Source: Candidatus Omnitrophota bacterium
GTDB taxonomy: Bacteria; Omnitrophota; Gorgyraeia; Zapsychrales; JANLHA01
Reading direction: 5' to 3'
Assembly (NCBI GenBank): GCA_022711395.1
Contig: JAKLFA010000003.1
Location: forward strand, 226,509 to 290,508
Length of the DNA: 64,000 nucleotides
The translations under genes were made by a program, and so were the position numbers. Numbering within the stretch: the first letter of the stretch is position 1; each line of letters opens with the position of its first letter. The notes under the pieces were generated by a model. That model saw only the letters and a program-made list of their open reading frames with translations, searched no databases and had not been told where the DNA came from. Positions 27,219 to 37,424 of the stretch are shown one piece after another.

Positions 27219-30200
27219 TATTCCTCTCCCCCTTTCTCATGAAGGCATTTTCCATAATCACAACGCAGGCAGCGCTTGGCCTGTCTGCGGGCCACCGCTT
27301 CATTCCATGAATGTTCCACTTCATCAAAATTATGTTTACGCCGGCTGACATCCACAAGCGGAAGCGGTTCCCTTGGATAAGGCACCGGGTCGGCGTCCGG
27401 GTCGAATTCCGTCTTAACTTCTTTTGTCTTGCGCCAGAAGGCGTGTTCTTCTCCGCTTAGATATTTGTCTATCCCGACAGCGGCCCTCTCTCCCGACGCT
27501 ATGGCCATGACCACCGAAGACGGCCCGCTGACCGCGTCACCTCCGGCAAAGACCCCTTCCATGGATGTTTTCCCATTGACCGGATCGGCTTCAATAAACC
27601 GTTTTTCTGAAATACGAAGATCTGTGCCTTTAGAGACCTTGGCCGCATCTAAAGATTGGCCAATAGCAATAATGACCTGGTCCGCTTCGATCTCCAACAA
27701 ATCCTGCTGATCAGCCGTTGGCCTGCGGCGGCCGGTCTGGTCAAAATCCCCCAGCTTCATCTTCACGCATTTCAGGCCTCGAACCCAGCCCTGCTCATTT
27801 TTTCGGATCTCTATTGGGTGCGTCAAAGGAAGGATCGTTGCCCCTTCATGCAGGGCCTCTTCGATCTCCTCCGCGTAGGCCGGCATCTCGCTCTGGCCCC
27901 GCCGATAAATAATGGTCACCGTCTCCGCTCCCAAACGCAAAGCGCTGCGGGCCGCATCAATGGCCGCGTTTCCGCCGCCGATCACGACGACCTTTTTACC
28001 GACCGGAACAGAACCGCGGATATTATACATCCTCAAGAATTCCAGAGCATCTACAACTCCCTGGGCATCTTCTCCGTCAACCCCCAGACGGGCGCTTTCA
28101 GGCGCGCCAACTCCAATAAAGACCGCTTGATAGCCTTGCGCTTTAAGATCGGCGACCGTAAAGTCCCTGCCTAGCGCTTTACCGGTTTCGATATCAACGC
28201 CTAATTGTTCGATCATGCGTATTTCCCGGGCCAGCGTTTCCCGTGGAAGCCGGTATGCCGGGATCGTCTGAACCAGCATCCCTCCCGGTCTGACCTCTTT
28301 TTCAAAAACTTTGGGCTTATATCCCAAACGGGCAAGAAAATACGCGCAAGACAGCCCGGCAGGCCCCGCCCCGACGATCGCGATCTTCTTCTTCGCGTTC
28401 TCATCGCTGAGCTGCAGTTCTGGCGTCTGGACCACGATCTCCTGATCGACCATAAACCTCTTCACGCCGCGGATCGACACCGCCGAATCCAGGGTGGCCC
28501 GCCGGCATTTGTCTTCACAGGTATGAAAACAGACCCGGGCGCAAACCGCCGCGAACGGATTGCGTTCCCGATGAAGTTTCAGCGCTTCAGCATACCGCTG
28601 CTCTCCTGTCAAAGAAACGAATCCCGGAACATCGACGCCCGCCGGACAAGCGCTCTGGCATGGGGCGCGGACCAAGTCCGGACAAACCCCGGCTATACAA
28701 TGTTTATCACGGATATGCCCTTCATATTCTTCCGGAAAATGGCGCAAGGTCGAACGCACCGGATTGGCCGCGGTGTATCCCAGCCCGCACAATGACGCAT
28801 CCTTGATCTGAAGCCCTAGTTGAAAAAGTTTATCAATGTCTTCCGGCTCTCCCTTTCCCTGGCAGATCTTTTCCAGCATTTCCAACATACGCTTCGACCC
28901 AACACGGCAGGGGACGCACTTGCCGCAGGATTCCTCCTGGACAAATTCAAGAAAAAACCTGGCCACATCCACCATGCACGCGTCATCATCGATCACGATC
29001 AACCCGCCGGAACCCATGATCGCGCCGAGCTCCACCAGCGTGTCATAATCCAATGGGACATTCAGATGCTGCTTAGGGATACATCCTCCCGACGGTCCTC
29101 CGATCTGGGCCGCCTTGAACGCTTTGCCGTTCTTGATCCCTCCGCCTATATCATAGATCAATTCGCCTAGCGGGGTCCCGATCGGGACCTCTACCAGCCC
29201 AGCGGTATTGATCGCTCCGGCCAGGGCAAAAACCTTGGTGCCCTTGCTTTTTTCCGTCCCCATGGAAGCATACCAGCCCGCGCCTTTTAAAATAATAGCC
29301 GGAACATTCACATAGGTTTCCACATTGTTCAAAAGGCTGGGCTTTCCCCAAAGCCCTTTCTGCGCCGGAAACGGCGGCCTCGGTCGGGGCTCGCCGCGCT
29401 TTCCTTCCAAGGATGCCATAAGAGCGGTCTCCTCACCGCAAACAAACGCCCCGGACCCCATACGAATTTCCAAATTAAACGAAAAACCGGTTCCTAAAAT
29501 ATTCTCTCCTAAAAGCCCCGCCTCCCGAGCCTGCTCGATCGCATGGCCTAAACGGGAAACGGCCAAAGGATACTCCGCCCGCACATAGACATAGCCCTGC
29601 CTGGCGCCGATCGCAAAAGCCGCTATCGCCATGCCTTCGATCAAACTATGAGGATCTCCTTCCAGCACGCTGCGGTTCATGAACGCGCCCGGGTCCCCTT
29701 CATCGGCATTGCAAATGGCGTATTTCAGTTCTCCTTGCGCTTTACGGGTGAGTTCCCACTTCAACCCGGTCAAAAATCCAGCCCCGCCCCTTCCGCGAAG
29801 GCCGGACTGCTTGACCTCGTTTATGACCTGCTCTTCCGACATTGTTTTCAGGACTTTGGCCAAAGCTTGATATCCATCGACGCGGATATAATCCTCGATC
29901 TCATGCGGATCGATAACGCCACAATTTCGCAACACGACCTTGGTCTGTTTTTTAAAAAAATCCACATCGTCCATCTTAACGACCGGCTGTTCGTTTCCGG
30001 CGTTGCGGTGCAGCAAACGTTCCACCGCCTGACCGTTCTGGATATGAGAGCTGAAGATCTCATCGACGTCGTCCAAAGACACGTTCTCATAAAAGACCCT
30101 GCCGGGATTAATGACCATGACCGGGCCTTTTGCGCAGGGGCCCAGGCAGCCGGTCTCCACCACGTCCACCGAAAGTCCGGCCTCCTTGATCTTCTCCTGC

Positions 30201-30355
30201 AGTTTCTGTTTGATCTTCAAAGACCCGCTGGCGATGCATCCTCCGCCGGCGCACACTAAGACCTCTTTATAACGAATACGCTGCGCCTTAGCCGCGGCCG
30301 CGTCAGCTCGAACCTGATCCAGATCACTGACAGATGAAATTTTCTTATTTAACAT
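27218..30355 (-). CDS. Hydrogenase diaphorase subunit: thioredoxin-like [2Fe-2S], a NuoF-like domain (FMN, NAD(H), [4Fe-4S]) and a C-terminal GltD/NfnB-like FAD/NAD(P)H domain (HydB-GltD fusion)
   Basis: 1045 aa. Motifs include GLRGRGGAGF, GEETALMASLEG, ESCGKCVPCR, then extra Cys clusters, then IAIVGAGPAGL...VVVIGGGNAAIDAA (GltD-type). The start overlaps the nuoE-like stop and the stop overlaps the hydA start. Confidence 0.88.
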   Translation of the reverse strand: MLNKKISSVSDLDQVRADAAAAKAQRIRYKEVLVCAGGGCIASGSLKIKQKLQEKIKEAGLSVDVVETGCLGPCAKGPVMVINPGRVFYENVSLDDVDEIFSSHIQNGQAVERLLHRNAGNEQPVVKMDDVDFFKKQTKVVLRNCGVIDPHEIEDYIRVDGYQALAKVLKTMSEEQVINEVKQSGLRGRGGAGFLTGLKWELTRKAQGELKYAICNADEGDPGAFMNRSVLEGDPHSLIEGMAIAAFAIGARQGYVYVRAEYPLAVSRLGHAIEQAREAGLLGENILGTGFSFNLEIRMGSGAFVCGEETALMASLEGKRGEPRPRPPFPAQKGLWGKPSLLNNVETYVNVPAIILKGAGWYASMGTEKSKGTKVFALAGAINTAGLVEVPIGTPLGELIYDIGGGIKNGKAFKAAQIGGPSGGCIPKQHLNVPLDYDTLVELGAIMGSGGLIVIDDDACMVDVARFFLEFVQEESCGKCVPCRVGSKRMLEMLEKICQGKGEPEDIDKLFQLGLQIKDASLCGLGYTAANPVRSTLRHFPEEYEGHIRDKHCIAGVCPDLVRAPCQSACPAGVDVPGFVSLTGEQRYAEALKLHRERNPFAAVCARVCFHTCEDKCRRATLDSAVSIRGVKRFMVDQEIVVQTPELQLSDENAKKKIAIVGAGPAGLSCAYFLARLGYKPKVFEKEVRPGGMLVQTIPAYRLPRETLAREIRMIEQLGVDIETGKALGRDFTVADLKAQGYQAVFIGVGAPESARLGVDGEDAQGVVDALEFLRMYNIRGSVPVGKKVVVIGGGNAAIDAARSALRLGAETVTIIYRRGQSEMPAYAEEIEEALHEGATILPLTHPIEIRKNEQGWVRGLKCVKMKLGDFDQTGRRRPTADQQDLLEIEADQVIIAIGQSLDAAKVSKGTDLRISEKRFIEADPVNGKTSMEGVFAGGDAVSGPSSVVMAIASGERAAVGIDKYLSGEEHAFWRKTKEVKTEFDPDADPVPYPREPLPLVDVSRRKHNFDEVEHSWNEAVARRQAKRCLRCDYGKCLHEKGGEE

Positions 30356-30915
30356 CCCTTGTCCTCCTTCCCTTCCTCTTTGGCCTCTCGGTAAGGGCTC
30401 AATAGTTCACGGATCTTGGTCGGTTTTACCCGCTGATGGACATTGTCATTGATCATCACCACCGGGGCCAGCCCGCAAGCGCCGAAGCACCGTCCCACTT
30501 CCAAGGAGAATACACGGTCCTCTGTTGTCTCTCCGACATTGATTCCCAACGCCTTTTGCATCGCGGACAGGACCTCTTTACCGCCACGGACATAACAGGC
30601 CGTGCCTAAACACACGCGCACAACGTTCTTTCCTTGCGGGGTCGTCGAAAAAAAAGAATAAAAGGACACAACGCCGCTAACCTGGCTGTAAGGGATGTTC
30701 AAACGTTTGCTGATATGCTTTAAAACCGTTTTGGGAAGGTATCCGAATAAATTTTGGGCGATCTGCAGGACCGGAACAAGCGCTCCGTCGATTGTGGCGT
30801 ATTCATCAATGATCTCGTCAAGACGGGACATCAGCTCGTCTTCCGTTGATCCCTTGCAACAGCATCCCGCTGCCTGTGCAGGCTGGGCCGCCGTCTTTTC
30901 TTGGTTCGATCTCAA
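30349..30915 (-). CDS. NuoE/HydC/HndA-like thioredoxin-like [2Fe-2S] subunit
   Basis: 188 aa with the CLGTACYVRGG...CFGACGLAPV motif arrangement. Confidence 0.88.
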   Translation of the reverse strand: MRSNQEKTAAQPAQAAGCCCKGSTEDELMSRLDEIIDEYATIDGALVPVLQIAQNLFGYLPKTVLKHISKRLNIPYSQVSGVVSFYSFFSTTPQGKNVVRVCLGTACYVRGGKEVLSAMQKALGINVGETTEDRVFSLEVGRCFGACGLAPVVMINDNVHQRVKPTKIRELLSPYREAKEEGKEDKGC

Positions 30916-31040
30916 CGCAACCTCCTTTGTTATAAAGCGTCCTTCGAGGTCTTTTGTGAATGAATCTTTGTTCCGTGACTTCTATAAATTGTTTTTTATG
31001 ACCTCTTTGTTTTTACTTTGACCGGTTTTTGACCAAAGCA

Positions 31041-31676
31041 TCATGCATAACGGGGGGCTTTCTTAGCGTTCATATCCCAGAACAGCGACAAGAATTCGAC
31101 CGCGAGATCGATATTCTTAACAAAGATCCCCTTAGGAACAGTGATCGTGGTCGGTGAAAAATTCACGATCCCCTGGATGCCGCAAGAGACAAGAAGATCT
31201 GCGATCTGTTGACTGGCCTGTTTCGGCACGGCGATCACCCCGATCTCCACATGTTTCTTTTGGATCAGCAGTTTCGCTTTATCCAAAGAATAAATAGAAA
31301 TGCCGTTGATCGCCTTATCCACTTTATTTGGATCGCTGTCAAAAGCCGCCACCATCTTGATCTTGTCTTCCTGAAATCCCGGATATCGCAAAATGGCTGA
31401 GCCGAGGTTTCCGACGCCGAACAAAACAACGTGGACAACATTCTGAACAACATATTCCTCTAAAAGCTGTTTCAGGCGGCGCGTATCATAGCCGACGCGG
31501 GGCTTTCCGGCCTTTCCAAAAACTGAAATGTCTTTGCGGATCTGAACATCGGTGAGGGCTGTCATGGCAGCCAATTCTCCGGAAGAAACATACGCCTTGC
31601 CTTCCTCAATAAGAGAGTCCAGCGCTCTTAAATACATGAAGGCCCGCGTAACTGTACGCTGTGGGAATTTTTTCAT
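31041..31676 (-). CDS. rex: Redox-sensing transcriptional repressor Rex
   Basis: 211 aa. It has an N-terminal winged helix and a C-terminal Rossmann fold (VVLFGVGNLG) characteristic of Rex. Confidence 0.9.
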   Translation of the reverse strand: MKKFPQRTVTRAFMYLRALDSLIEEGKAYVSSGELAAMTALTDVQIRKDISVFGKAGKPRVGYDTRRLKQLLEEYVVQNVVHVVLFGVGNLGSAILRYPGFQEDKIKMVAAFDSDPNKVDKAINGISIYSLDKAKLLIQKKHVEIGVIAVPKQASQQIADLLVSCGIQGIVNFSPTTITVPKGIFVKNIDLAVEFLSLFWDMNAKKAPRYA

Positions 31677-31695
31677 GCGGCTCCGGCTTATTTAA

Positions 31696-31713
31696 TCGTG
31701 AATTTTTTAACAA
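31696..31713. promoter_or_regulatory. Candidate Rex operator upstream of rex (TCGTGAA-TTTT-TTAACAA)
   Basis: 18-bp site whose half-sites are TCGTGAA and TTAACAA, compared with the Rex consensus TTGTGAA...TTCACAA / TTGTTAA...TTAACAA. It lies 20-37 nt upstream of the rex ATG. Confidence 0.35.
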
Positions 31714-31750
31714 TTAAATATTATAACGATAATCTATCGGATGGCAAGCT

Positions 31751-33385
31751 TTATTCAGCGGCTCTTTGGCGGATAAGCAGTTCGCGGTTGATCGCTTCTG
31801 CCAGGCGCTGGTGTTCCAGGATCCCGATAACTTCTCCGGACCCCTCATTTTTGATGACTGGCAAATAATCAAGATATCGCTCCTCAAAAATTCTGATGGC
31901 CTCCTGAAGCGGCTGATCCTCGGCAATCGTCCATCGGTCCGGCACCGCGATGTCCCTGGCCACCAAAAGTCTGTTCAATTCTTCTTCCAAAAGAGCCTCT
32001 TTGATGTTGTTAAGAGAAACTGATCCAATGGTTTTGTTCTGAGCGTCAACGACCGGCAAATAATGAGCCTCCTCACTCTTGATGATCCGGATCACTTCTG
32101 AGAGCGGAGCAGATTCCGGGACCGGAGCAAAAGCCTTCTGCATCACATCCTTGACCGTCAATGATTCGATCACATCGTCTTTTGTCAAATTTTTATAGGC
32201 CTCATCCGCTTTAAAAATACTGTACTTCACACAGGATGGTCCGAATAACTGGACGATGAATGTCGTCGTGGTTACCACGCTCATGATCAAAATACTGGCA
32301 TCCTGACCTTCCGGTGAAATGGAGGAAATGTTATGCGCGATCGAAAGGGCCAGCCCCATGGCGACGCCTCCCTGCGTAAAAAGTCCGAGACCGGTATAAC
32401 GGGTAACTTCCATTCGCGCGTGCGAAACAATGCCGCCGCAATACGCCCCCAGAACCTTGCCCAAACTCCGCGCGAACAAGTAGCCGCAAATCAAAAGAAA
32501 CAAGGATGTTTTCAGAAAGATCGACACGTCCAGCTGCGCCCCCACGACCACAAAAAATAAAATATAAAGGGCTACGCTCATTTCCTTAATGGAAAAAAAC
32601 AACTTTTCGCTTTTCTTTGGGATAACATTGGTAACCGTCATGCCCAAAGCCATGCAACACAGGATCAAATCCAGATCGAACCACATTGCCGTGCCCGCAA
32701 CGATCGCGATGGCCCCCAGCATAAACGCGACCGCCAGGTCCTTCTCTCTCACCCTCACCACCGCTTTAGAAACGATCAGCCCCGCAATAGCCCCTAGAAG
32801 CAGGCACTGAACGATCTCCCACAGCGGCCCCGCGAACGAATGCAAAAACGAAAACTGTTCTCTCGCAAGCAGGGCCTTGGAAAACACAACGGCGAACCCG
32901 TAAATTAAGAGTGCCAAACCATCATCCAGTGCGACAATGGAGCTCAGCGTGGTTGTCAGCGGCCCTTTGGACCTGTATTCCCAAAGCACGTTCATGGTTG
33001 AGGCCGGATCGGTTGCGGAAGCGATCGCCCCGAAGATCAGGCCCAAATACAATTTATGCGTGATCAGACTGATCGTTACCGCCACAAACAAGAACGCAAA
33101 AAGCCCTTCTCCCAAAAGGATCGCATAAATGCTTTTTCCATAACGCTTGAAAATATCGGCCTTAAGCTCCCCTCCAATAATGAAGCCTATGATCCCCAGC
33201 GTGAAATTCACGACCGTCATGAGGGCGTTTACCGTCGGTCCTTCAACAATATGAAAGGATGATTTCCCCACAATAACACCCAATAAAATATAGCCGACCA
33301 CCTGCGGAATGTGAAGCTTTTGAAAGAGCTTTCCGCTGATGATCCCTAAAAAAACCACCAGGCCGACCAAAAATAAAATATTCAT
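31751..33385 (-). CDS. Monovalent cation:proton antiporter (CPA family) with a C-terminal CBS-domain pair
   Basis: 544 aa. About 12 TM helices are followed by two CBS-like segments (VKDVMQK...VVD; IAVPDRW...LPVI). Confidence 0.8.
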   Translation of the reverse strand: MNILFLVGLVVFLGIISGKLFQKLHIPQVVGYILLGVIVGKSSFHIVEGPTVNALMTVVNFTLGIIGFIIGGELKADIFKRYGKSIYAILLGEGLFAFLFVAVTISLITHKLYLGLIFGAIASATDPASTMNVLWEYRSKGPLTTTLSSIVALDDGLALLIYGFAVVFSKALLAREQFSFLHSFAGPLWEIVQCLLLGAIAGLIVSKAVVRVREKDLAVAFMLGAIAIVAGTAMWFDLDLILCCMALGMTVTNVIPKKSEKLFFSIKEMSVALYILFFVVVGAQLDVSIFLKTSLFLLICGYLFARSLGKVLGAYCGGIVSHARMEVTRYTGLGLFTQGGVAMGLALSIAHNISSISPEGQDASILIMSVVTTTTFIVQLFGPSCVKYSIFKADEAYKNLTKDDVIESLTVKDVMQKAFAPVPESAPLSEVIRIIKSEEAHYLPVVDAQNKTIGSVSLNNIKEALLEEELNRLLVARDIAVPDRWTIAEDQPLQEAIRIFEERYLDYLPVIKNEGSGEVIGILEHQRLAEAINRELLIRQRAAE

Positions 33386-33390
33386 GATTT

Positions 33391-35085
33391 TTAACTTTTG
33401 TTCTTTTGGGCGATCTTTGCCCAGGTATCTTTGAGGGAAACAGTACGGTTAAAAACAAGCGTCCCGCCGTGTGAAAGCTTGCCGTCCAGACAGAAATATC
33501 CTTTCCGTTCAAATTGATAGGATATTCCGCATGCGGCCTGCTTTAAAAAAGGCTCCAGGCGGCAGCCTTTGAGGATGACCATCGACTGAGAGTTCAAATG
33601 GGCCTTAAAATCCTGTCCCTCAGCAACGGCATTGGGGTCTTCAACATTAAAAAGCCGATCATAAAGGCGGACTTCCGCTTCTATTGATTCCGCAGCGGAC
33701 ACCCAATGGATGGTCCCTTTGACCTTTCGCCCATCAGGAGCGTTGCCGCCTTTGGTCTGAGGGTCGTAGCTGCATCGCAGCTCGATCACGTTGCCGTTAT
33801 CATCCTTGATCACCTCGTCGCAGCGGATAAAATACGCGTAACGCAGGCGGACCTCGCGTCCCGGGGCCAGACGGAAAAAATCTTTGGGGGGATTTTCCAT
33901 AAAATCATCCCTCTCAATATACAGTTCCCGTGAAAATGGAACGCGCCTCATCCCGGCCGCTTCATCTTCGGGATTATTGACCGCTTCCAGCAGCTCGGTC
34001 CCATCTTTCGGATAGTTGGTAATGACCACTTTCAATGGGTCAAGGACCACCATCACCCGCTGGGCGCGTTTATTCAAGTCCTCACGCAGGCAGTATTCAA
34101 GCAGCGAAACATCGATCACGCCGTCAACACGGGCGACGCCGATGCGTTTGCAGAATTCCCGGATCGCCTCCGGCGTGTATCCCCGCCTGCGGATCCCGCT
34201 CAAGGTCGGCATGCGCGGGTCGTCCCATCCGTCCACCGCTCCCGTATTGACCAGCTCCAGGAGTTTCCGCTTGCTTAAAACCGTATAGGTTAAATTCAAC
34301 CGGGCGAATTCATATTGATGCGACGGAAAGATCCCCAGCTCCTGAATGAACCAATCATACAGCGGTTTATGGTTCTCAAATTCCAGCGTGCATATCGAGT
34401 GCGTGATCCCTTCGATCGAATCGGACTGCCCATGGGCAAAATCATACATCGGATAGATACACCATTTGCTGCCGGTGCGGGGGTGCTCCGCGAACAGGAT
34501 GCGATACATAACCGGGTCACGCATATTAATATTAGGAGAGGCCATGTCGATCTTGGCTCGCAAGACCTTTTCACCTTCCTTGAATTTTCCGCCGCGCATG
34601 CCTTCAAAAAGCGCTAAATTTTCCTGAATGGACCGGTCCCGAAAGGGACTCGGTTTTCCCGGTTCGGTCAAAGTCCCGCGGTATTCACGGATCTGGTCCA
34701 TCGAAAGATCATCGACATAGGCCTTGCCTTTTTCGATCAATTGAATAGCAAACGCATGAAGCCGGTCAAAATAATCGGAGGCATAATATTCATGTCGCCC
34801 CCAATCAAACCCGAGCCAGCGCACATCCGTTTTGATCGAATCGATATATTCCTGCTCTTCCTTGGTGGGGTTGGTGTCATCGAACCTGAGGTGACAACGG
34901 CCGCCGAATTCCTGGGCGATCCCAAAGTTCAGACAAATGGATTTGGCGTGGCCGATGTGCAGATATCCATTGGGTTCCGGCGGAAAACGGGTAACAACAA
35001 CGCCTTCGTGCGTTTTGTTCCTGACATCATCAGAAACGATCTGACGGACAAAATCAAGGGGTTTGTCATTCAAAAGTTCAGCCAT
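33391..35085 (-). CDS. glnS: Glutaminyl-tRNA synthetase
   Basis: 564 aa. Class I HIGH ([14 protein letters not shown]) and KMSKS-type region; GlnRS-like throughout (RFDDTNP...). A separate GluRS lies nearby. Confidence 0.9.
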   Translation of the reverse strand: MAELLNDKPLDFVRQIVSDDVRNKTHEGVVVTRFPPEPNGYLHIGHAKSICLNFGIAQEFGGRCHLRFDDTNPTKEEQEYIDSIKTDVRWLGFDWGRHEYYASDYFDRLHAFAIQLIEKGKAYVDDLSMDQIREYRGTLTEPGKPSPFRDRSIQENLALFEGMRGGKFKEGEKVLRAKIDMASPNINMRDPVMYRILFAEHPRTGSKWCIYPMYDFAHGQSDSIEGITHSICTLEFENHKPLYDWFIQELGIFPSHQYEFARLNLTYTVLSKRKLLELVNTGAVDGWDDPRMPTLSGIRRRGYTPEAIREFCKRIGVARVDGVIDVSLLEYCLREDLNKRAQRVMVVLDPLKVVITNYPKDGTELLEAVNNPEDEAAGMRRVPFSRELYIERDDFMENPPKDFFRLAPGREVRLRYAYFIRCDEVIKDDNGNVIELRCSYDPQTKGGNAPDGRKVKGTIHWVSAAESIEAEVRLYDRLFNVEDPNAVAEGQDFKAHLNSQSMVILKGCRLEPFLKQAACGISYQFERKGYFCLDGKLSHGGTLVFNRTVSLKDTWAKIAQKNKS

Positions 35086-35105
35086 AAAATAATTTTCCCT
35101 GCCCT

Positions 35106-35369
35106 TTATGCGCCTTTTAATAACGGCTTATCCTTGCTGATCAGGTCCAGCTTTTTGTTTCTTGGCCAAGTTTTGATCTGGATTTCACGTTTTAAAGCGG
35201 AAGATCTATTTGCGTGTTCTTCAAAAAACAGAACTTTTTCAGCCCCGAAGGATTTTGTGAAATGGCCGCCCTTCCCCGACGCGTGTTCTTTGAAGCGGCG
35301 CTGAATATCATTAGTAATACCGGTATACAAGGCCCCGTTCTTGCATCTGAGCATATAAACAAACCACAT
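35106..35369 (-). CDS. GIY-YIG nuclease family protein (YhbQ/UPF0213-like)
   Basis: 87 aa: [27 protein letters not shown]. Confidence 0.8.
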   Translation of the reverse strand: MWFVYMLRCKNGALYTGITNDIQRRFKEHASGKGGHFTKSFGAEKVLFFEEHANRSSALKREIQIKTWPRNKKLDLISKDKPLLKGA

Positions 35370-35483
35370 TTCCTGTTTCCTCTGCCCGCTTTTTGTCTTG
35401 CCCGCTGCTCTTTAAGGATGGCGCCCGCAAAAGAATCAGGCCTTGACCACGCACGAAACGCAGCCGAAGGCCGGATCAAATTA

Positions 35484-35554
35484 CTGCCCCGCATGGACTC
35501 GAACCATGATACCGAGAGCCAGAATCTCGTGTCCTACCATTGAACGACAGGGCA
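35484..35554 (-). tRNA. tRNA-Gln (anticodon CUG)
   Basis: Manual fold: acceptor UGCCCUG/CGGGGCA (the U1-A72 pair is typical of tRNA-Gln), D-arm GUUC/GGAC, anticodon stem CGAGA/UCUCG with loop UUCUGGC, T-arm CAUGG-UUCGAGU-CCAUG. There is no encoded CCA. Confidence 0.85.
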
Positions 35555-35601
35555 AAAAATCTTAAAACAGGAACTTCAATTAAAACACAAAAATCTCTTC
35601 A

Positions 35602-35745
35602 TTACCACATATTTTCGCGGATCCAATGATCGGTCTTTTCGACCGTATCGACCGCCTTTTCAAGCGGTGTCTTCTGCCCGGAGCTTGAAGCGCATCCTGC
35701 AACGGCAAAACACAGGAAAAAAACCGCCCACACCAACCGTTTCAT
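35602..35745 (-). CDS. Hypothetical small lipoprotein (47 aa)
   Basis: The internal start MKRLVWAVFFLCFAVAGC gives a signal peptide plus lipobox. It begins just after the gltX stop. Low confidence. Confidence 0.3.
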   Translation of the reverse strand: MKRLVWAVFFLCFAVAGCASSSGQKTPLEKAVDTVEKTDHWIRENMW

Positions 35746-35758
35746 ACCCGCTCCTTCG

Positions 35759-37036
35759 TTAAAAACTCGCCAGCTGAATTCTCTGTAATGTCTTCTGTTT
35801 TCCAAGAACTGCCATTGTTTCAAAAAGGCCCGGCCCCACGTCGCTTCCGGTCAGCGCGACCCGGACCGGATGAACAACCTCGGACATTTTTAACCCTTTT
35901 TCCTCAACGCAGCACCGAAAGGCCGCTTCAGTCTTTTCCTTAGAAAACGGCTCTGCTGTTTCTAAAGCCTTCGCCAAATCTTCAAAACAACGCGTCTGCT
36001 GCTGGCTCAAAAGCCTTTCCCGCAAATCCTGAGGCACCTCGAAATCTTCCTGGAACAGATACGCCGTGCGCTGTAAAAATTCCTCGATATCCGCCATTCT
36101 GTTTTGATACAATTCTACTATGTTTAAAATCCGATTTCTATCATAATCCTCGCTGATCCATCCCTTCTCCTTCAAAAAAGGCGCAACAAAATCCACAAGA
36201 TCTTCGGCCGGCGTTTTCTTGAGATATTCCGCGTTCAACCATTTCAGCTTGCTCATGGAAAAAGCGGCCGCGGATTTATTGACCTTCTTGATCGAAAATT
36301 TTTTAACAGCAGCCTGCAGCGAAACGATCTCCTGATTATCGCCCGGCGACCAGCCTAAAAGCATCAAATAATTGACCAACGCCTCAGGCAGAAATCCGTT
36401 CTTGCGGTAATCACTGACCGCCGTCGCGCCGCTTCGCTTGGACATGCGCCCGCCTTCTTCGTCCATGATCAGCGGCACATGCGCGAATTTCGGCGGCTTA
36501 AAACCCAAGGCCTGATAGATCGCAAGCTGCTTCGGCGTATTAGAAATATGGTCCTCTCCCCGGATCACATGCGAAATCTCCATCAAAGCATCATCCACGA
36601 CGCAGGCAAAGCTGTAGGTCGGTGAGCCGTCTGATTTGATCAAGACCTGGTCCTTGATCGTTTCAGAGTCAAACTCGACCTCTCCGCGGATCAGGTCAAA
36701 AAATTTCAACTGCATCTGCGGCATCTTTAGGATCACCGCCGGTCCGTCCGCATAAGCTTTACCCTCATCCAACAATTTTTGTGCATACTGCCGATAAAGT
36801 TCAAAACGGTCGCTCTGTTTATAAAATTCATCCCACTCCAGGCCCAGCCACGTCATACTTTTAAGAATCTCCTCAAGATACTCTTCTTTGGAACGCTCCA
36901 TGTCAGTATCCTCGATCCTTAAAACAAACCTTCCCCCCTGAGAACGGGCGTAGATCCAGTTGAACAGCGCGGTTCTCGCTCCTCCGATATGCAAAAAACC
37001 TGTTGGGCTTGGGGCAAATCGTGTTTTGATGGTCAT
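35759..37036 (-). CDS. gltX: Glutamyl-tRNA synthetase
   Basis: The start MTIKTRFAPSPTGFLHIGGARTALFNW matches the GluRS N-terminus (HIGH). A KMSKRS-like motif (RMSKRSG) is present. Confidence 0.9.
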   Translation of the reverse strand: MTIKTRFAPSPTGFLHIGGARTALFNWIYARSQGGRFVLRIEDTDMERSKEEYLEEILKSMTWLGLEWDEFYKQSDRFELYRQYAQKLLDEGKAYADGPAVILKMPQMQLKFFDLIRGEVEFDSETIKDQVLIKSDGSPTYSFACVVDDALMEISHVIRGEDHISNTPKQLAIYQALGFKPPKFAHVPLIMDEEGGRMSKRSGATAVSDYRKNGFLPEALVNYLMLLGWSPGDNQEIVSLQAAVKKFSIKKVNKSAAAFSMSKLKWLNAEYLKKTPAEDLVDFVAPFLKEKGWISEDYDRNRILNIVELYQNRMADIEEFLQRTAYLFQEDFEVPQDLRERLLSQQQTRCFEDLAKALETAEPFSKEKTEAAFRCCVEEKGLKMSEVVHPVRVALTGSDVGPGLFETMAVLGKQKTLQRIQLASF

Positions 37037-37040
37037 GTCT

Positions 37041-37424
37041 TTACGCTTTATTCTGTGGATATCTGCCAAGCTGCTGAACGATCGTCTGGATCCTTCGCTG
37101 GTCAGAGGCACAAATATCGATAAACTCAATCCCTACGTCATAGGCGGCCGGACTTCCGGATTCCTTGCCTTTTTTTTCTACAACCCACATCGTTTTTCCA
37201 CGGCACTTCACATGGTCTTCAAGATCCAAAAGATCAATCTCGAGGCCCACTTCAGACAGCCGTTCAAGGCGCTGATTCAAGATCAGACAAACCCCTCCAA
37301 CTCCGATGTTTTCCGTGTGCGTCAAAAAGATCTCTTCATCTTGAGATCCCAGCCACAACGTCACCATGCACGGATATTTCGCTCTCGGAAATTTCCGCCG
37401 GTTCAATCCGTCCCAGGCAGACAT
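37041..37424 (-). CDS. PilZ-domain protein (putative c-di-GMP receptor)
   Basis: 127 aa with an RRKFPR...DIGVGGVCL pattern matching the RxxxR and (D/N)xSxGG PilZ motifs. Confidence 0.7.
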   Translation of the reverse strand: MSAWDGLNRRKFPRAKYPCMVTLWLGSQDEEIFLTHTENIGVGGVCLILNQRLERLSEVGLEIDLLDLEDHVKCRGKTMWVVEKKGKESGSPAAYDVGIEFIDICASDQRRIQTIVQQLGRYPQNKA

